This document shows positions 11,725 to 22,545 of a stretch of 33,026 nucleotides of DNA, piece after piece; within the stretch, counting starts at the first letter, position 1, and each line of letters starts with the position of its first letter. The DNA lies in the NCBI RefSeq assembly GCF_001194135.2, contig NC_068989.1, positions 40,382,393 through 40,415,418 on the forward strand, written 5' to 3'. Under the pieces are notes generated by a model, which was not told the DNA's origin, made no database searches, and was given only the letters and a program-made list of their open reading frames with translations. The position numbers and the translations under genes are program-made. The DNA is from Octopus bimaculoides (lineage: Eukaryota).

Positions 11725-12779
11725 TACGAGGGTCGTACTGAAACTAATACAAAAGTGGAAATACCTTTAAATTAAGTGATGCAAGTCGTTCCAGTCGCAC
11801 GTATTGGTTGAGTGACTCATTTTATTCACTCTTGATGTGCTTCTTCTTTGCAAGGACATAATGAGCTCCCAGAAATAGCTCCCTGCCATCGTTGAGTTGT
11901 TGAAGCTGGAAAAAGTGCAGGTTGGCCGCCGTCAGTACACAGCAATAGTTTGTTTAGAGACAGGGTAGCACTGACGAAGGTAATGTGTACAAAAGCATGG
12001 AGAAGTTTAAGGAAAAATGAATAAACACTAGAAACTAAAAATCGTTCTGTGGGAGACCGTCAACCGACATCACTCGACCACTAACATGAATCGAGTGCGG
12101 AAATACGTATAGACTCGCATGGACAGATGAGTCATAATTGTGAGTCACAATTGTTTGACAATTAGACTGTGATAACAATACATTACAGAAGATGATGAGA
12201 GGATTGGGGAGGCTAAAAATGAGTGCAAAGTGTGTACCTCTGCAGCTAGGATTCGATCTTCAGCAGAGAAACATGAAAGTCGCTCTGATATGCTGGAAGC
12301 ATTTTAAACTAACGAAGATACGATGATTTCGGATCTTATGACAGGAGATGAAAGTGGGCTAAATTTATGATATCGATACAAAGGTTTATCTCTTCTCCAA
12401 TGCTTTAGAAGTCGAAAATTGAGCGACCAAAGGATACATAAATTGATGGTGTTTGTTTTTCAGGATAATAATGGCATTGTTCTTTTTGATTTTCTGAAAC
12501 GTAGTTGTACTGGCGGCAACAAACGGTGCATTGAGAAATTAAAAGGGTACAGAGAAGACATTAGAATGGAGATGTCGAACAATATATCTGAAAATGGTCC
12601 ATATTCACCATGACAATTCGTAACCACAGATATTTTTGACAACAGGTCAGGTTGCCAAACATAAAGCAGCTGGAGATATCTTCCTAGGATTAAACAACAG
12701 TATCATCACCTCTTAGAGAACAGCTACGTTAAAGTGGCGATAAAACTACCTTTTGGTTCGTAAACTGCTTTTACCTCTA
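11725..12779 (+). mobile_element. Highly decayed mariner transposon, copy B (different subfamily from copies A and D)
   Basis: TA-CGAGGGTCG left end; remnants LKMSAKCVP, TGDES, KLMVFVFQDNNGIVLFDFLKR, HHDNS, ENSYVK; right end only approximately placed. Confidence 0.75.
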
Positions 12780-13359
12780 ACAGAGATTTTCTAACGGACT
12801 AGTTTCCTAGTTTAAAAATTGAAAATCTACAATCTTTTGTGAATATTAAAATTTTTCTCTGATTATTCAAACGTTAGATGCCTCCGGCTATCTAATCAAA
12901 AGAAGTGACTCTCTGTGAGTGCATAATTTTTAAAAATTTCTTCTAGCTTTTCGAACAAACAGACATTCCGCTTGCATATCCAAGAAAAACTGAAGCACTA
13001 CCAAATGCTCAAAACTCGGAACACGTTTCAACACTGATAATTGATGCAGACTATAAGCGACTGACGTATTTATAAACTGCTCAATTACGAAAAGTGTAAA
13101 GCACTGCAGAACTTCATTTAATACTGCGAAAAAAAAAATCAACAGTGAGTATATTTATCCTTTTATAGGTAATTAAAAAAGAACAATATAAATCAGTTCT
13201 CTTCAAAATCTACCATCACTCTCGTTAATCACAGGAGTAGTTACTCGTACGTATTGCCCTAATAAAATATTTCGACCAAATAACATATTTTTGACATTGG
13301 TGCAATCACACTTTTGTTACCTCCCGGTCAACATCTCTTGGATCTGTTTATAGTCTAAT

Positions 13360-13735
13360 GATACCTAACTATCACAAAGTTCCCAGACTAGGTATGTTTG
13401 ATAAAAACATAACTTATTCAACTAAGTTTTAGCATCCCCTTCGAAATAGTCACCTTGCGCAGCAATATACCGGTCCCAGCGATCCTGCCACTTTTGCTTT
13501 TCTGGCTGGAAACGAATCAAAGACCTCTTGTGATTGCTCTTGATCTCCACAATGGTGTTAACACAGTGACATTTGAGCTGCGTTTTCATCTTAGAGAAGA
13601 GATGAGTGTCTGCAGCTGCTACAGCTGCTACGACTGAGGCGTGTGTGGAAGCGAAACAATGTTGTTCTTTTTTCTGGTGAGAAACTCAGGAGAGCTTGGA
13701 ATCAGGAGAGCTTGGTGACAGGGTGCATTATCATT
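13360..13735 (-). mobile_element. Mariner 3' fragment, copy C (second and third catalytic Asp region, C-terminus, right end)
   Basis: DNAPCHQALL..EFLT.KKNNIVSLPHTPQS, then ADTHLFSKMKTQLK...QKWQDRWDRYIAAQGDYFEG; TIR-like end agtctgggaactttgtgatag on the minus strand. Confidence 0.85.
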
Positions 13736-14060
13736 TGATACCAATATTATTTGACCAGACAGTTTAAGTGCCAAACCATATAGTAATTCTGCCGTTGAGT
13801 AATCTAGGTCTTGCTTATCATCGATATTTGAACGTAGTAACACAATTCACAGGATCTCTAACCTTGTATACAAATTGGAATATGCTAGTAATTCTGCTTT
13901 AAGTTGCCGATAAAAACGTTCTATGATTCTGTTAGACGTGGGGTCGTAAGCTGTAGAACGAATTCGACGCTTACTTAGCAGATTAGTTAAGTTAGCAAAA
14001 AGTCTGGCTTCGAATTGACGACACTTGTGGGGTTATTGTCATAGTATTACACCACAGGAC
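13736..14060 (-). mobile_element. Ty3/Gypsy integrase catalytic-core fragment (decayed, no LTRs seen)
   Basis: CRQFEARLFANLTNLLSKRRIRSTAYDPTSNRIIERFYRQLKAELL...VLLRSNIDDKQDLDYSTAELLYGLALKLSGQ matches the Gypsy pattern GRQFES..RTTAYHP.ANG.VERFHR.LK..S.AELVYG..LRLPG. Confidence 0.88.
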
Positions 14061-15100
14061 ATATTTTCAAAACATAAACAAAGCGATTTATAACTGCTAA
14101 AACAAACACTAGATACATTTATACTATATTTTGAAGATAACACCAGAAATTCAAAATTGAATTGCCACGGTTATATTTTAAGTTTCTCATAAGAGACAAC
14201 ACAGCATAAAAACGAAATAATGATATACAAAGATGGGCTGGAGTGAAAGAAAGAATTGTTTTCTAGAAAAGAGGCGATTATGTGACGCTTCTGAATGACA
14301 GTTTTTAGACGTACTATGAATGGCGGCTTTGAAAAGAAATATTTATCTTATCGAACACAACGTACAATGGTGTTAAGAAAAGACAAAAAGGAGTTGATGC
14401 AGAAATAAATACAAGACAAATACAAAAGATGTCACTTTGTTCTGGTGAGCGTAATATTAAACTACTAACTACTAACCTCAAATGTGACATCAACAGATTT
14501 CTGTTGAGGCAGCAGCATTAAGTCTGGATTAAGCAAGATTGTCATACTTATTCGAAAGGGCCTGGATCTCCAAGTATACCATTTACAAGGATCTGAACGT
14601 TAAACCCTTATTTTTTGAGCATAAAAAACAGCGACGAAGACATCTTCCCAGTAGCGGGAATTTATTGTATCATTTATGATATGGTCAAGCTTTTTCAAGC
14701 GGCTTGATGCATTTTGAAAAAATGTTCCGCAACAACCGAAATGTATTCAGATTCTCTCGCCCGCACTGTGTAGGTATATCAGATACAACGTGAGCCATGC
14801 TCTCGTTGAAAAAAAAAGCAGACCAAAAACATAATCAGCGACAACGTTACATGCAGGGCCACTGTTTACAATTTACAATCGTTCTCCACTTGTGTAAACA
14901 GTTATGTTGATCTAGCTTTCTCTTTTATGTAATTTAAATTTAGGATCTGTGTCTGTGTTGCCAAGCTCATTATTTCGGTGTCTTTCTTCAATGCTCTCTT
15001 CTTTCGCTATAGCCAGATGCGTTTTTCAGTCATTATTGCTTTTGTATCAAAGTTCAATTTGCTCCTTTATACATTTTTCGCTTTATATTTTTCTTTCTAG

Positions 15101-15109
15101 CTTTCCTCG
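15101..15109 (+). other. Candidate 9-nt microexon (CTTTCCTCG)
   Basis: Long pyrimidine tract tttttcgctttatatttttctttctag, 9 nt, then strong donor tcg|gtaagg; length is a multiple of 3. Confidence 0.4.
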
Positions 15110-15127
15110 GTAAGGAGGGTTTAAAAC

Positions 15128-15142
15128 TCCTCCTCCTCCTCC

Positions 15143-15176
<34 letters not shown>

Positions 15177-15541
15177 AATCATCTTCTTTTTCTTTTTCTC
15201 TTTCTTCTTCTACTTCATCATAATCATCATCACCTTAGTCTTTTCCATCTTCTTTTTCTTACTTCATCATCATCATAATCATCATCTTCTTCCACCAGGT
15301 TCTTGCTCTACTTCTTCCTCGACCACCACCCTCACCACCAGCACCAACACCACCATTCCTCTCCTTCCTCTTCCCTTTCTTCTCCTTCTTCTCCTTCTCC
15401 TTCTTCTCTTTTCCTTCTACTCCTCTTATTCTTATTCTTCTTCTTCTTCCTTTTCTTCTTCTTTCTTTTCGTCTTCTTCTCCTCTTCCTCCCCATCCTCC
15501 TTCTTCTTCTTGTTCTTGTTGTTGTTGTTGTTGTTGTTCTT

Positions 15542-15622
<81 letters not shown>
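15128..15622. repeat. Compound trinucleotide microsatellite (TCC/TCA/TTC/TTG/TTA)n
   Basis: Directly visible; produces the poly-I/R/T/L/F ORF-track artefacts. Confidence 0.95.
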
Positions 15623-15828
15623 NNNNNNNNNNNNNNNNNNNNNNNNNNNNNNNNNNNNNNNNNNNNNNNNNNNNNNNNNNNNNNNNNNNNNNNNNNNNNN
15701 NNNNNNNNNNNNNNNNNNNNNNNNNNNNNNNNNNNNNNNNNNNNNNNNNNNNNNNNNNNNNNNNNNNNNNNNNNNNNNNNNNNNNNNNNNNNNNNNNNNN
15801 NNNNNNNNNNNNNNNNNNNNNNNNNNNN

Positions 15829-16165
15829 GTTTTTAGATTCCACATTCCACATTCGAGTTACCTCTATTTCCAGGTCTTTGTATTTTGAAAGTTTTTCCAT
15901 TTCCTTTAGGGAAACGTTGTCATTTGCTGGTATTGATACATCAATTAGAAAGCATTTTTTTTTCTTCATGATCTTTGACAACTATATCTGGTCTATTTGT
16001 CTTAATTTCTCTATCTGTGTGTATTGGCATATCCCAGAGTACGGTTGCTTTCTCGTTTTCTGTGACCTTTTCTGGCGTGTGTTTATACCATCTTTTTTCT
16101 GTTGTTATTCCATAGTGTTGGCATAACTTCCAGTGTATATAGGTCCCAGCTCTGTCGTGTCTGTG
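15829..16165 (-). mobile_element. 5'-truncated R4/Dong-like non-LTR fragment (RLE domain), well preserved, copy 4
   Basis: HDRAGTYIHWKLCQHYGITTEKRWYKHTPEKVTENEKATVLWDMPIHTDREIKTNRPDIVVKDHEEK / KCFLIDVSIPANDNVSLKEMEKLSKYKDLEIEVTRMWN; 3' end lies in the N gap, with (TAA)n beyond it. Confidence 0.93.
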
Positions 16166-16167
16166 AA

Positions 16168-16169
16168 TA

Positions 16170-16202
<33 letters not shown>

Positions 16203-16209
16203 CATTATA
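16168..16209. repeat. (ATT)n microsatellite at the 5' junction of R4/Dong-like copy 4
   Basis: tattattattattattattattattattattatcattat. Confidence 0.95.
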
Positions 16210-16279
16210 TGTTAAAAGGATTGACGTAATTCTTCACAAAGGTAAACAGTCAAGACGAGGAGTGCGATTCGATTGTAAT

Positions 16280-17175
16280 AGCTATTTTATTGGTTGAACG
16301 ATATTTCGACAGTAAGTCTGTCTTTGTCACGTTCAAAGTAAGAAGTGATAAAAATTCAAAATTATAGAAATTTAAATTTATAGTATGAACGAGATCAACC
16401 AGGGTCCACACGTTGATGGAATGACATCATAAGTCTTTATGTTTCAATTCTATAACAGGTGAAATGAAAAAGAGAGTAAAACGACAGAAAATAAGAGGTA
16501 AGTAAAAGAAATTAAACGAAAAAGGAGAGTATTTAATTAAACAGTTTTGTATAAATTTCATGACAGTCTCCTGTCATTTTATTCATTCATCCAGGGCGAA
16601 ATATTAATAACCCGCAAACATTTTTCTCCTCATGCATTCTGAGAAGTGAAAATGAAACAGATTCAGAATATTTTTTGAGAATAAGCACTTTCAAGTCTTT
16701 CAAAATTGCAGCCGTTTCAAACAAAATGTTTGGCAAGTTCAGTCGAACTAGTGTAATTGAGCCTGACGTCGGATCTGTACCTGTTAAATCTTTTGTGAAA
16801 TTGTTCTGTGATACAAACAACATAAATCAAGTTGTGTTTCGTGCATTCTGCCGCGTACACCAAATGGGAATCTCTACATGTCTCACCTTCTGTATAAACC
16901 ATAACATTACTGATATGAGACCTGATGGAATTCACTTGACTCATATTGTTGCACAATGGACAGGCCTTACCCCTCCAGCGGCTGTTTTGCAAGGTACAGC
17001 GTGCAGATGCCCAAGTATTCGTTTTCTTTGAGTCAGAAATAGAGGTCAATAGTTCTCTTATATTCTTATTCCGTCTAAAGGCTACAATAGGCAGCTGGGG
17101 AAATATCTGTTTGAAGCGAGGGTATATTTTCGCCAAATACTCAGAAATTGAGAAATCGACATTTCTATCAGTTAA
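16280..17175 (-). mobile_element. Penelope-like element 3' portion: linker, GIY-YIG endonuclease and 3' UTR/pLTR region
   Basis: ORF 16717-17136: FPQLPIVAFRRNKNIRELL..CPLCNNM..TCRDSHLVYAAECTKHNLIYVVCITEQFHKRFNRYRSDV..TELAKHF (PLE P..AFRR..NL linker, Cys motifs, GIY/YIG-like LVY..YVV); frameshifted tail in 16587-16823. Confidence 0.9.
16294..16336 (-). ncRNA. Minimal type-I hammerhead ribozyme fold (Penelope-associated), with core variants
   Basis: Minus strand reads UUGAAC-GUGACAA-A-GACAG-ACUUA-CUGUC-GAAA-UAUC-GUUCAA: perfect 6-bp stem I, 5-bp stem II, GAAA, palindromic AUAU stem III, AUC cleavage triplet, then AAUAAA 2 nt later. Confidence 0.75.
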
Positions 17176-17179
17176 AAAA

Positions 17180-17720
17180 AACTAAATCGTTTTCGTGCTA
17201 AAATCAAAAGCCATTTATCACTTCTGGAAACATGCAAACAAGAAAAAGTTATACCGGACGGTCTTACATCAACTATACCAATGTGTGCATCAAAGCCTGA
17301 CGACTCATTGCTTCAAAAGTTTAAATTAATTGGTGAGAGCAATTTATTTTGGAAGCTATTATTAAACACTATCGTTCAAAATTAATATTGCTGGGTGAAG
17401 ATATTAAGAAGATTTTGAATGTGTTTGAAAAGGTATGTTCTTTAAAAAATCGTTTGAAATTTCTGTGTAACTATTTGATGAATTTGAAAAAAAAAAGGAA
17501 ATTTCGTTCTTGAAGACGAAAAAAAAAAAAGAAAAAAGAAAATAAGCTGAAAAAGCTAATTTTCCATTCCTCTGAGCCAGTGAGCAAGGGAACATTTTGG
17601 TTCAAAATATTTGCTTTGAAATATGACAAGTGGTTTTTATTTTCAAGACACGTCATGTGATAAACTTATTGACCCCGGGTTGAAAATCTTAGCGGGAAAT
17701 TTTCCTGAAATTCCAATACA
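17180..17720 (+). mobile_element. Penelope-like element N-terminal ORF remnant, inverted relative to the endonuclease part
   Basis: RFRAKIKSHLSLLETCKQEKVIPDGLTS (PLE H..FL..C....IP.GL motif), SFLKTKKKK..KKL, and a degenerate VINL-LTP / ILAGNFP resembling VINLS..LT..E..LL.KGLNF.P. Right end approximate. Confidence 0.6.
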
Positions 17721-18265
17721 ACCAACCATTTTTTCTCGCACAGAATTTGTAACATACAGTCCACATTGCACACTGTTCATTCAGCACAGCAGGAACAATC
17801 ATTTTGTTTCGTCGATCAATTTTTTCGGAGATATTTATGTTTTTGTAAGTTAAAATATTACAGATGCTCTAATATGTATGATTGTATAGTTCTTGGCGGG
17901 CATAAGATTTAGTCAAGAGAGACTTACTATCTCCAAATCATTACAAATATACCTAATACGACTGGTAGGGCAGGAATTCATAAAATAAAGAATAGTGTAA
18001 GCATCAAATAGGATGAAGTTAAACTAACCAGGCAGGGGTTACCATAGAGTAATATTACATGTAATACATCACATAACATAAAACATAGCATATCATGTAA
18101 TGTGGTGTACATATATGTAATGTGGTGTACATTCGATTCCATTATATCGTTCACCACCCATTAAGGACCAGTGCAAATGAAAGCCAAAACGATTGTCGTG
18201 CGAAATGAAGCTTACAGTACACTCTGTCTTCCCTATCAATCATTTAATCTATATAAATATATGTG

Positions 18266-18269
<4 letters not shown>

Positions 18270-18361
<92 letters not shown>
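18270..18361. repeat. (CT)n(AT)n microsatellite
   Basis: Directly visible. Confidence 0.97.
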
Positions 18362-18364
<3 letters not shown>

Positions 18365-18752
18365 ACTGCTCTGTTGTTTTGTCCCATTTTTGCTTCACTC
18401 GTTAGACTTTTCGCTTCTTGCTCCAATAAGTATAATATCCGTTTACTGCTCTGATAATGCTGTTTCCATCTTTTTCAAGCAATTTGATATACTCAGCTAA
18501 CAAAACACTGACAATTGAACGGTTGTTGTCGGACATATATAATACTACAGTTACTAAATCTTAGGAAACGAGTTTCGTCAGAAGGCTAACAGTAGTCAAT
18601 GCACATTTATTCACAGACTTTGATGCCATTATTTATAAAATTCTATGAGGACCAATCTTTAAATAAAAATGTAGCTTGAACTGATTCAAGATGTGTACAA
18701 TTTTCACTTCTAGCGTTTCAACAAACACCAAGTTATATGAAACTGTTTAGTA

Positions 18753-18930
18753 CAAGGGTTCTCAACCATAATGAACTATGTAAAACATAGTTTCTTGCAA
18801 TACATATCAAAACATGTATCTAAAGTAAACTTTCTCAGAGACCCTTAAAATATAATTGTGGATCCCCAATTTACTATTTTGTCGCATGGAACCTCAACAA
18901 CCTTATATGGGCCCCAGTTGAGAACCACTG
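18753..18930. mobile_element. 178-bp hAT (Charlie-type) MITE with 14-bp TIRs and 8-bp TSD
   Basis: Left caagggttctcaac (18753-18766), right gttgagaaccactg (18917-18930), 12/14 inverted match; flanks gtttagta and gcttagta (7/8 identical). Confidence 0.9.
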
Positions 18931-19125
18931 GCTTAGTATAATATTTCCCATCGTATTACAGTGTCCATATCTGCTACCATTGACGTAAGATTTGCATCCC
19001 TCGAAAACCTTTCAGTAGGTAATACGCAACCTTCTCTTTGTTGCCAGAGACTATTTGAGAATATCAGAGAGCAGCTCAGATTCGAAGACAAAGTCGCTGT
19101 CACTCCTCCTTTTTACAAAATTATC

Positions 19126-19231
<106 letters not shown>

Positions 19232-19929
19232 NNNNNNNNNNNNNNNNNNNNNNNNNNNNNNNNNNNNNNNNNNNNNNNNNNNNNNNNNNNNNNNNNNNNN
19301 NNNNNNNNNNNNNNNNNNNNNNNNNNNNNNNNNNNNNNNNNNNNNNNNNNNNNNNNNNNNNNNNNNNNNNNNNNNNNNNNNNNNNNNNNNNNNNNNNNNN
19401 NNNNNNNNNNNNNNNNNNNNNNNNNNNNNNNNNNNNNNNNNNNNNNNNNNNNNNNNNNNNNNNNNNNNNNNNNNNNNNNNNNNNNNNNNNNNNNNNNNNN
19501 NNNNNNNNNNNNNNNNNNNNNNNNNNNNNNNNNNNNNNNNNNNNNNNNNNNNNNNNNNNNNNNNNNNNNNNNNNNNNNNNNNNNNNNNNNNNNNNNNNNN
19601 NNNNNNNNNNNNNNNNNNNNNNNNNNNNNNNNNNNNNNNNNNNNNNNNNNNNNNNNNNNNNNNNNNNNNNNNNNNNNNNNNNNNNNNNNNNNNNNNNNNN
19701 NNNNNNNNNNNNNNNNNNNNNNNNNNNNNNNNNNNNNNNNNNNNNNNNNNNNNNNNNNNNNNNNNNNNNNNNNNNNNNNNNNNNNNNNNNNNNNNNNNNN
19801 NNNNNNNNNNNNNNNNNNNNNNNNNNNNNNNNNNNNNNNNNNNNNNNNNNNNNNNNNNNNNNNNNNNNNNNNNNNNNNNNNNNNNNNNNNNNNNNNNNNN
19901 NNNNNNNNNNNNNTATATATTTATTTATA

Positions 19930-20220
19930 AAAGCAGACAGAGAGGCTGGCAGACAGAGAAATGAAGAGATACTTAACTACACAGTCGAGGACTGAGATAT
20001 GTAAACAGATAGCTAGAACGAGAGAGAAAGAGAGAGAGAGAAATAGTTGAATGGGCCGCCAAATAGACAGACAGGCCGAGAGGTCGAATAGTAGGCAAGT
20101 GAGTAGGTAGATAGTTAAAGAGACAGATGTATAGCTGGTGTAAGAGAGAGATAGAAACATAGGCGAAAATTAAATCAAACGACTCGCACATAGCTAGGTA
20201 GTTAGCCAGATATGTAGGAA
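19930..20220. repeat. Degenerate (GA)n/(GACA/TAGA/TAGG)n simple-repeat region
   Basis: gcagacagagag, agagagaaagagagagagag, tagacagacagg, gtaggtagatag. Confidence 0.7.
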
Positions 20221-21124
20221 AAAAAGATGTTGGGAACATCACTTTCAATTAAATAATTAAACTATACTTTCGAAAACCAAATGATCAAAATAACTAATCA
20301 TACCAAAAAAATTAATATAACTTTCTAGGGGAAATAGATGTCACTGGAATATTCCATAAATTGACAATTAGATGGAAATTGAGAGATGTATATTTTGAAC
20401 ATAAATAATAGAAATGTTTAATTCATTGAGGAAATTGTAAATTGAGTGAAGTTAAAATGCTATTAGTGATAAAATAAAAGTAATGCAAACAAAGACGAAA
20501 GAAAATTAACAGAATATTTATAAAATCAAAGCAAAGGCAATCTTAAATTATCTTAACAATACAAAATATACCAATCTTTCATTTATTTACATTCTGTAGT
20601 GAGATGATTCATGTAAACAAAGATAGAATAATAAACGAAAATTTTATAACATTATCTAGATAACAGTGGAGGCAATATTATAAAACATAGAAAACGCATT
20701 GAGTACAAAGAAATGTGAAGTGAATATTTAATTACAATGAAATGTCGCATGTATTCATCATCTAAAGTACAAAGCAATGTTGTTGAATTGGTATTTGCTA
20801 TAGAAAACAATCCTGATATACTATCCTAAAATCTTACTTAAGATATTGCAAAATATCATAGCAAGAATAAATATTCTTCTGAATTTAATAGATTCTACAT
20901 TATTGCCAACGCAAAAGTACTACATACATCAGACAGCCTCAAGTAGACTATGAGAATTTAAATGTGTGTGTGTGTATATGTATGTGAGGCATGTATCTTG
21001 CGCTAAAAACTGTAATCCTCATTTTTGAACCTCTTTCTACTCCTTTGGTTTTTAGGACTATCTAATATTTATATGATATTTTTCAATGCTAGAATAATAT
21101 CTATGTATATAATAATAAGATATT

Positions 21125-21290
21125 CCACAAGAGGACAACAAAGAACATAGGAAACTCAAGATAAAAACAGAAAATGGACATGGACAAGCTCATCCATCAT
21201 CAGGTAATGACCAAACATCATCGCAATTTCGAGCCCCTCAGAATGGTATTGCTCAATTTGGCAGCGTCAGCAGCAAAAGGTACTGGGATG
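21125..21290 (+). mobile_element. Possible ancient RTE-like LINE C-terminal remnant
   Basis: KRTTKNIG../RKWTW..(A)H.IIR resembles the RTE motif IR.RT...I....KW.WAGH..R; heavily decayed. Confidence 0.3.
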
Positions 21291-22545
21291 TAAGCGATCG
21301 TGCGGCTGAAAAATTCATAGACTGACCAAGATACTCTCATGGAATGAGATGAAATGAAGTTCATTTTTCAACATAATAGTATTTGCAGACCACACACTTC
21401 TTCCATCAGAGTTGCAGTACTTGGAACCTATTGACGAGGACGCTTTAATGTTGTTGGTCGAAAGCTTCATCAACATCAGATATAACGTCACCGCCACTGC
21501 GATACAGCTTCCCAGCAAAGTGCTTCTTCATGCTGGGGAACAGATCATAGTCAGATGGAGTCAAATCAGGAGAGTAAAGAAGACGATCAACCACAGCAGC
21601 CATTGAGACCAAGGACTTGTTTGTAGGAACGTTTTCTCAATGAAACAAGACCTCTTTCGTCAGTTTTCTAGGCGTTTCATCTTGGTAGCCTTTCATAACT
21701 GCCTTAGCAAGTTGGCATAGTCCTCTCCGTTGATGGCGGGACCCTTTGAAAATAGTCAATAAATACAATGTCTTTTGCAACCCAAAATCTAGGGACATCA
21801 TCTTTCCTTCAACTTAAACTACTTTGGCATTTTTCGGAGCAGGTGAAGAGGGGTCTTTCCGCTGAGGGATTGTTACATTGTCTCTGGATCAAAGTGATGA
21901 AGTTAACGCTGATTCTGGGTTATGAAACTTTTAAAGAGACCAGCTGAATCTGCCTCAAACAATCTTAAATTTTTCCGCGATGTGATCAGATTGGTGCACT
22001 TTTGACCAGGTGACAAGAGATGTGGCACCCACCGAGCAGAAACCTTCGTCATGCCAAGTTCATTGTGCAGGATATTCTCAGATCTCTTACACAATATGTT
22101 AATAGCATTGGCTATTTGATTTATAGTCTATCGCTTGTCATCCATCATCATATGGTGAACACGAACGATGTTCTCCGTAGTGGCTGTTGCAGGACGTCTA
22201 AACCTTGGATTATCTCCAAAATTCTTCCTTCCACTTCTACACTAAGAAGCCCACTTATGTATTGTTGATAAAGCTGTTATGTCTTCCCCTAATGTAGCAA
22301 TCATGTCAGTACGAATGTTCTTGAGAGATAAACACTTTTTTTGCGAGCACTTGATAACACCATTATGCCAAATTTTGTCGATGTTTAATAGAAGTCGCTA
22401 CTAGTTACACTTGAAGTCTTCTTTGAACAGTCGTAAAAATCAGTTTACCTAGAAGAAAACAATGCAGTTATTACAAAGATGAGTTGAAATTAAGACATAC
22501 AAGATTTCACAGCCCTAACATCACTCTTTCACAGTCTACCAATGA
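21291..22545 (-). mobile_element. Decayed mariner transposon, copy D (same family as copy A)
   Basis: ILHNELGMTKVSARWVPHLLSPGQK (WVPHLL motif), MMSLDFGLQKTLYLLTISKG-like WD..G segment, WKKCVVCKYYYVEK; end sequence ggctgaaaaattcatagactga matches the inverted end of copy A; collinear with 6639-7754. Confidence 0.9.

Noticed and set aside
18095-18132. 18-bp direct repeat atgtaatgtggtgtacat x2
   Set aside because: Simple slippage duplication; two units only, not CRISPR-like.
18390-18510. Minus-strand frame AEYIKLLEKDGNSIIRAVNGYYTYWSKKRKV* with an NLS-like end
   Set aside because: Two frames are equally plausible and the acceptor is moderate; cannot be distinguished from chance.
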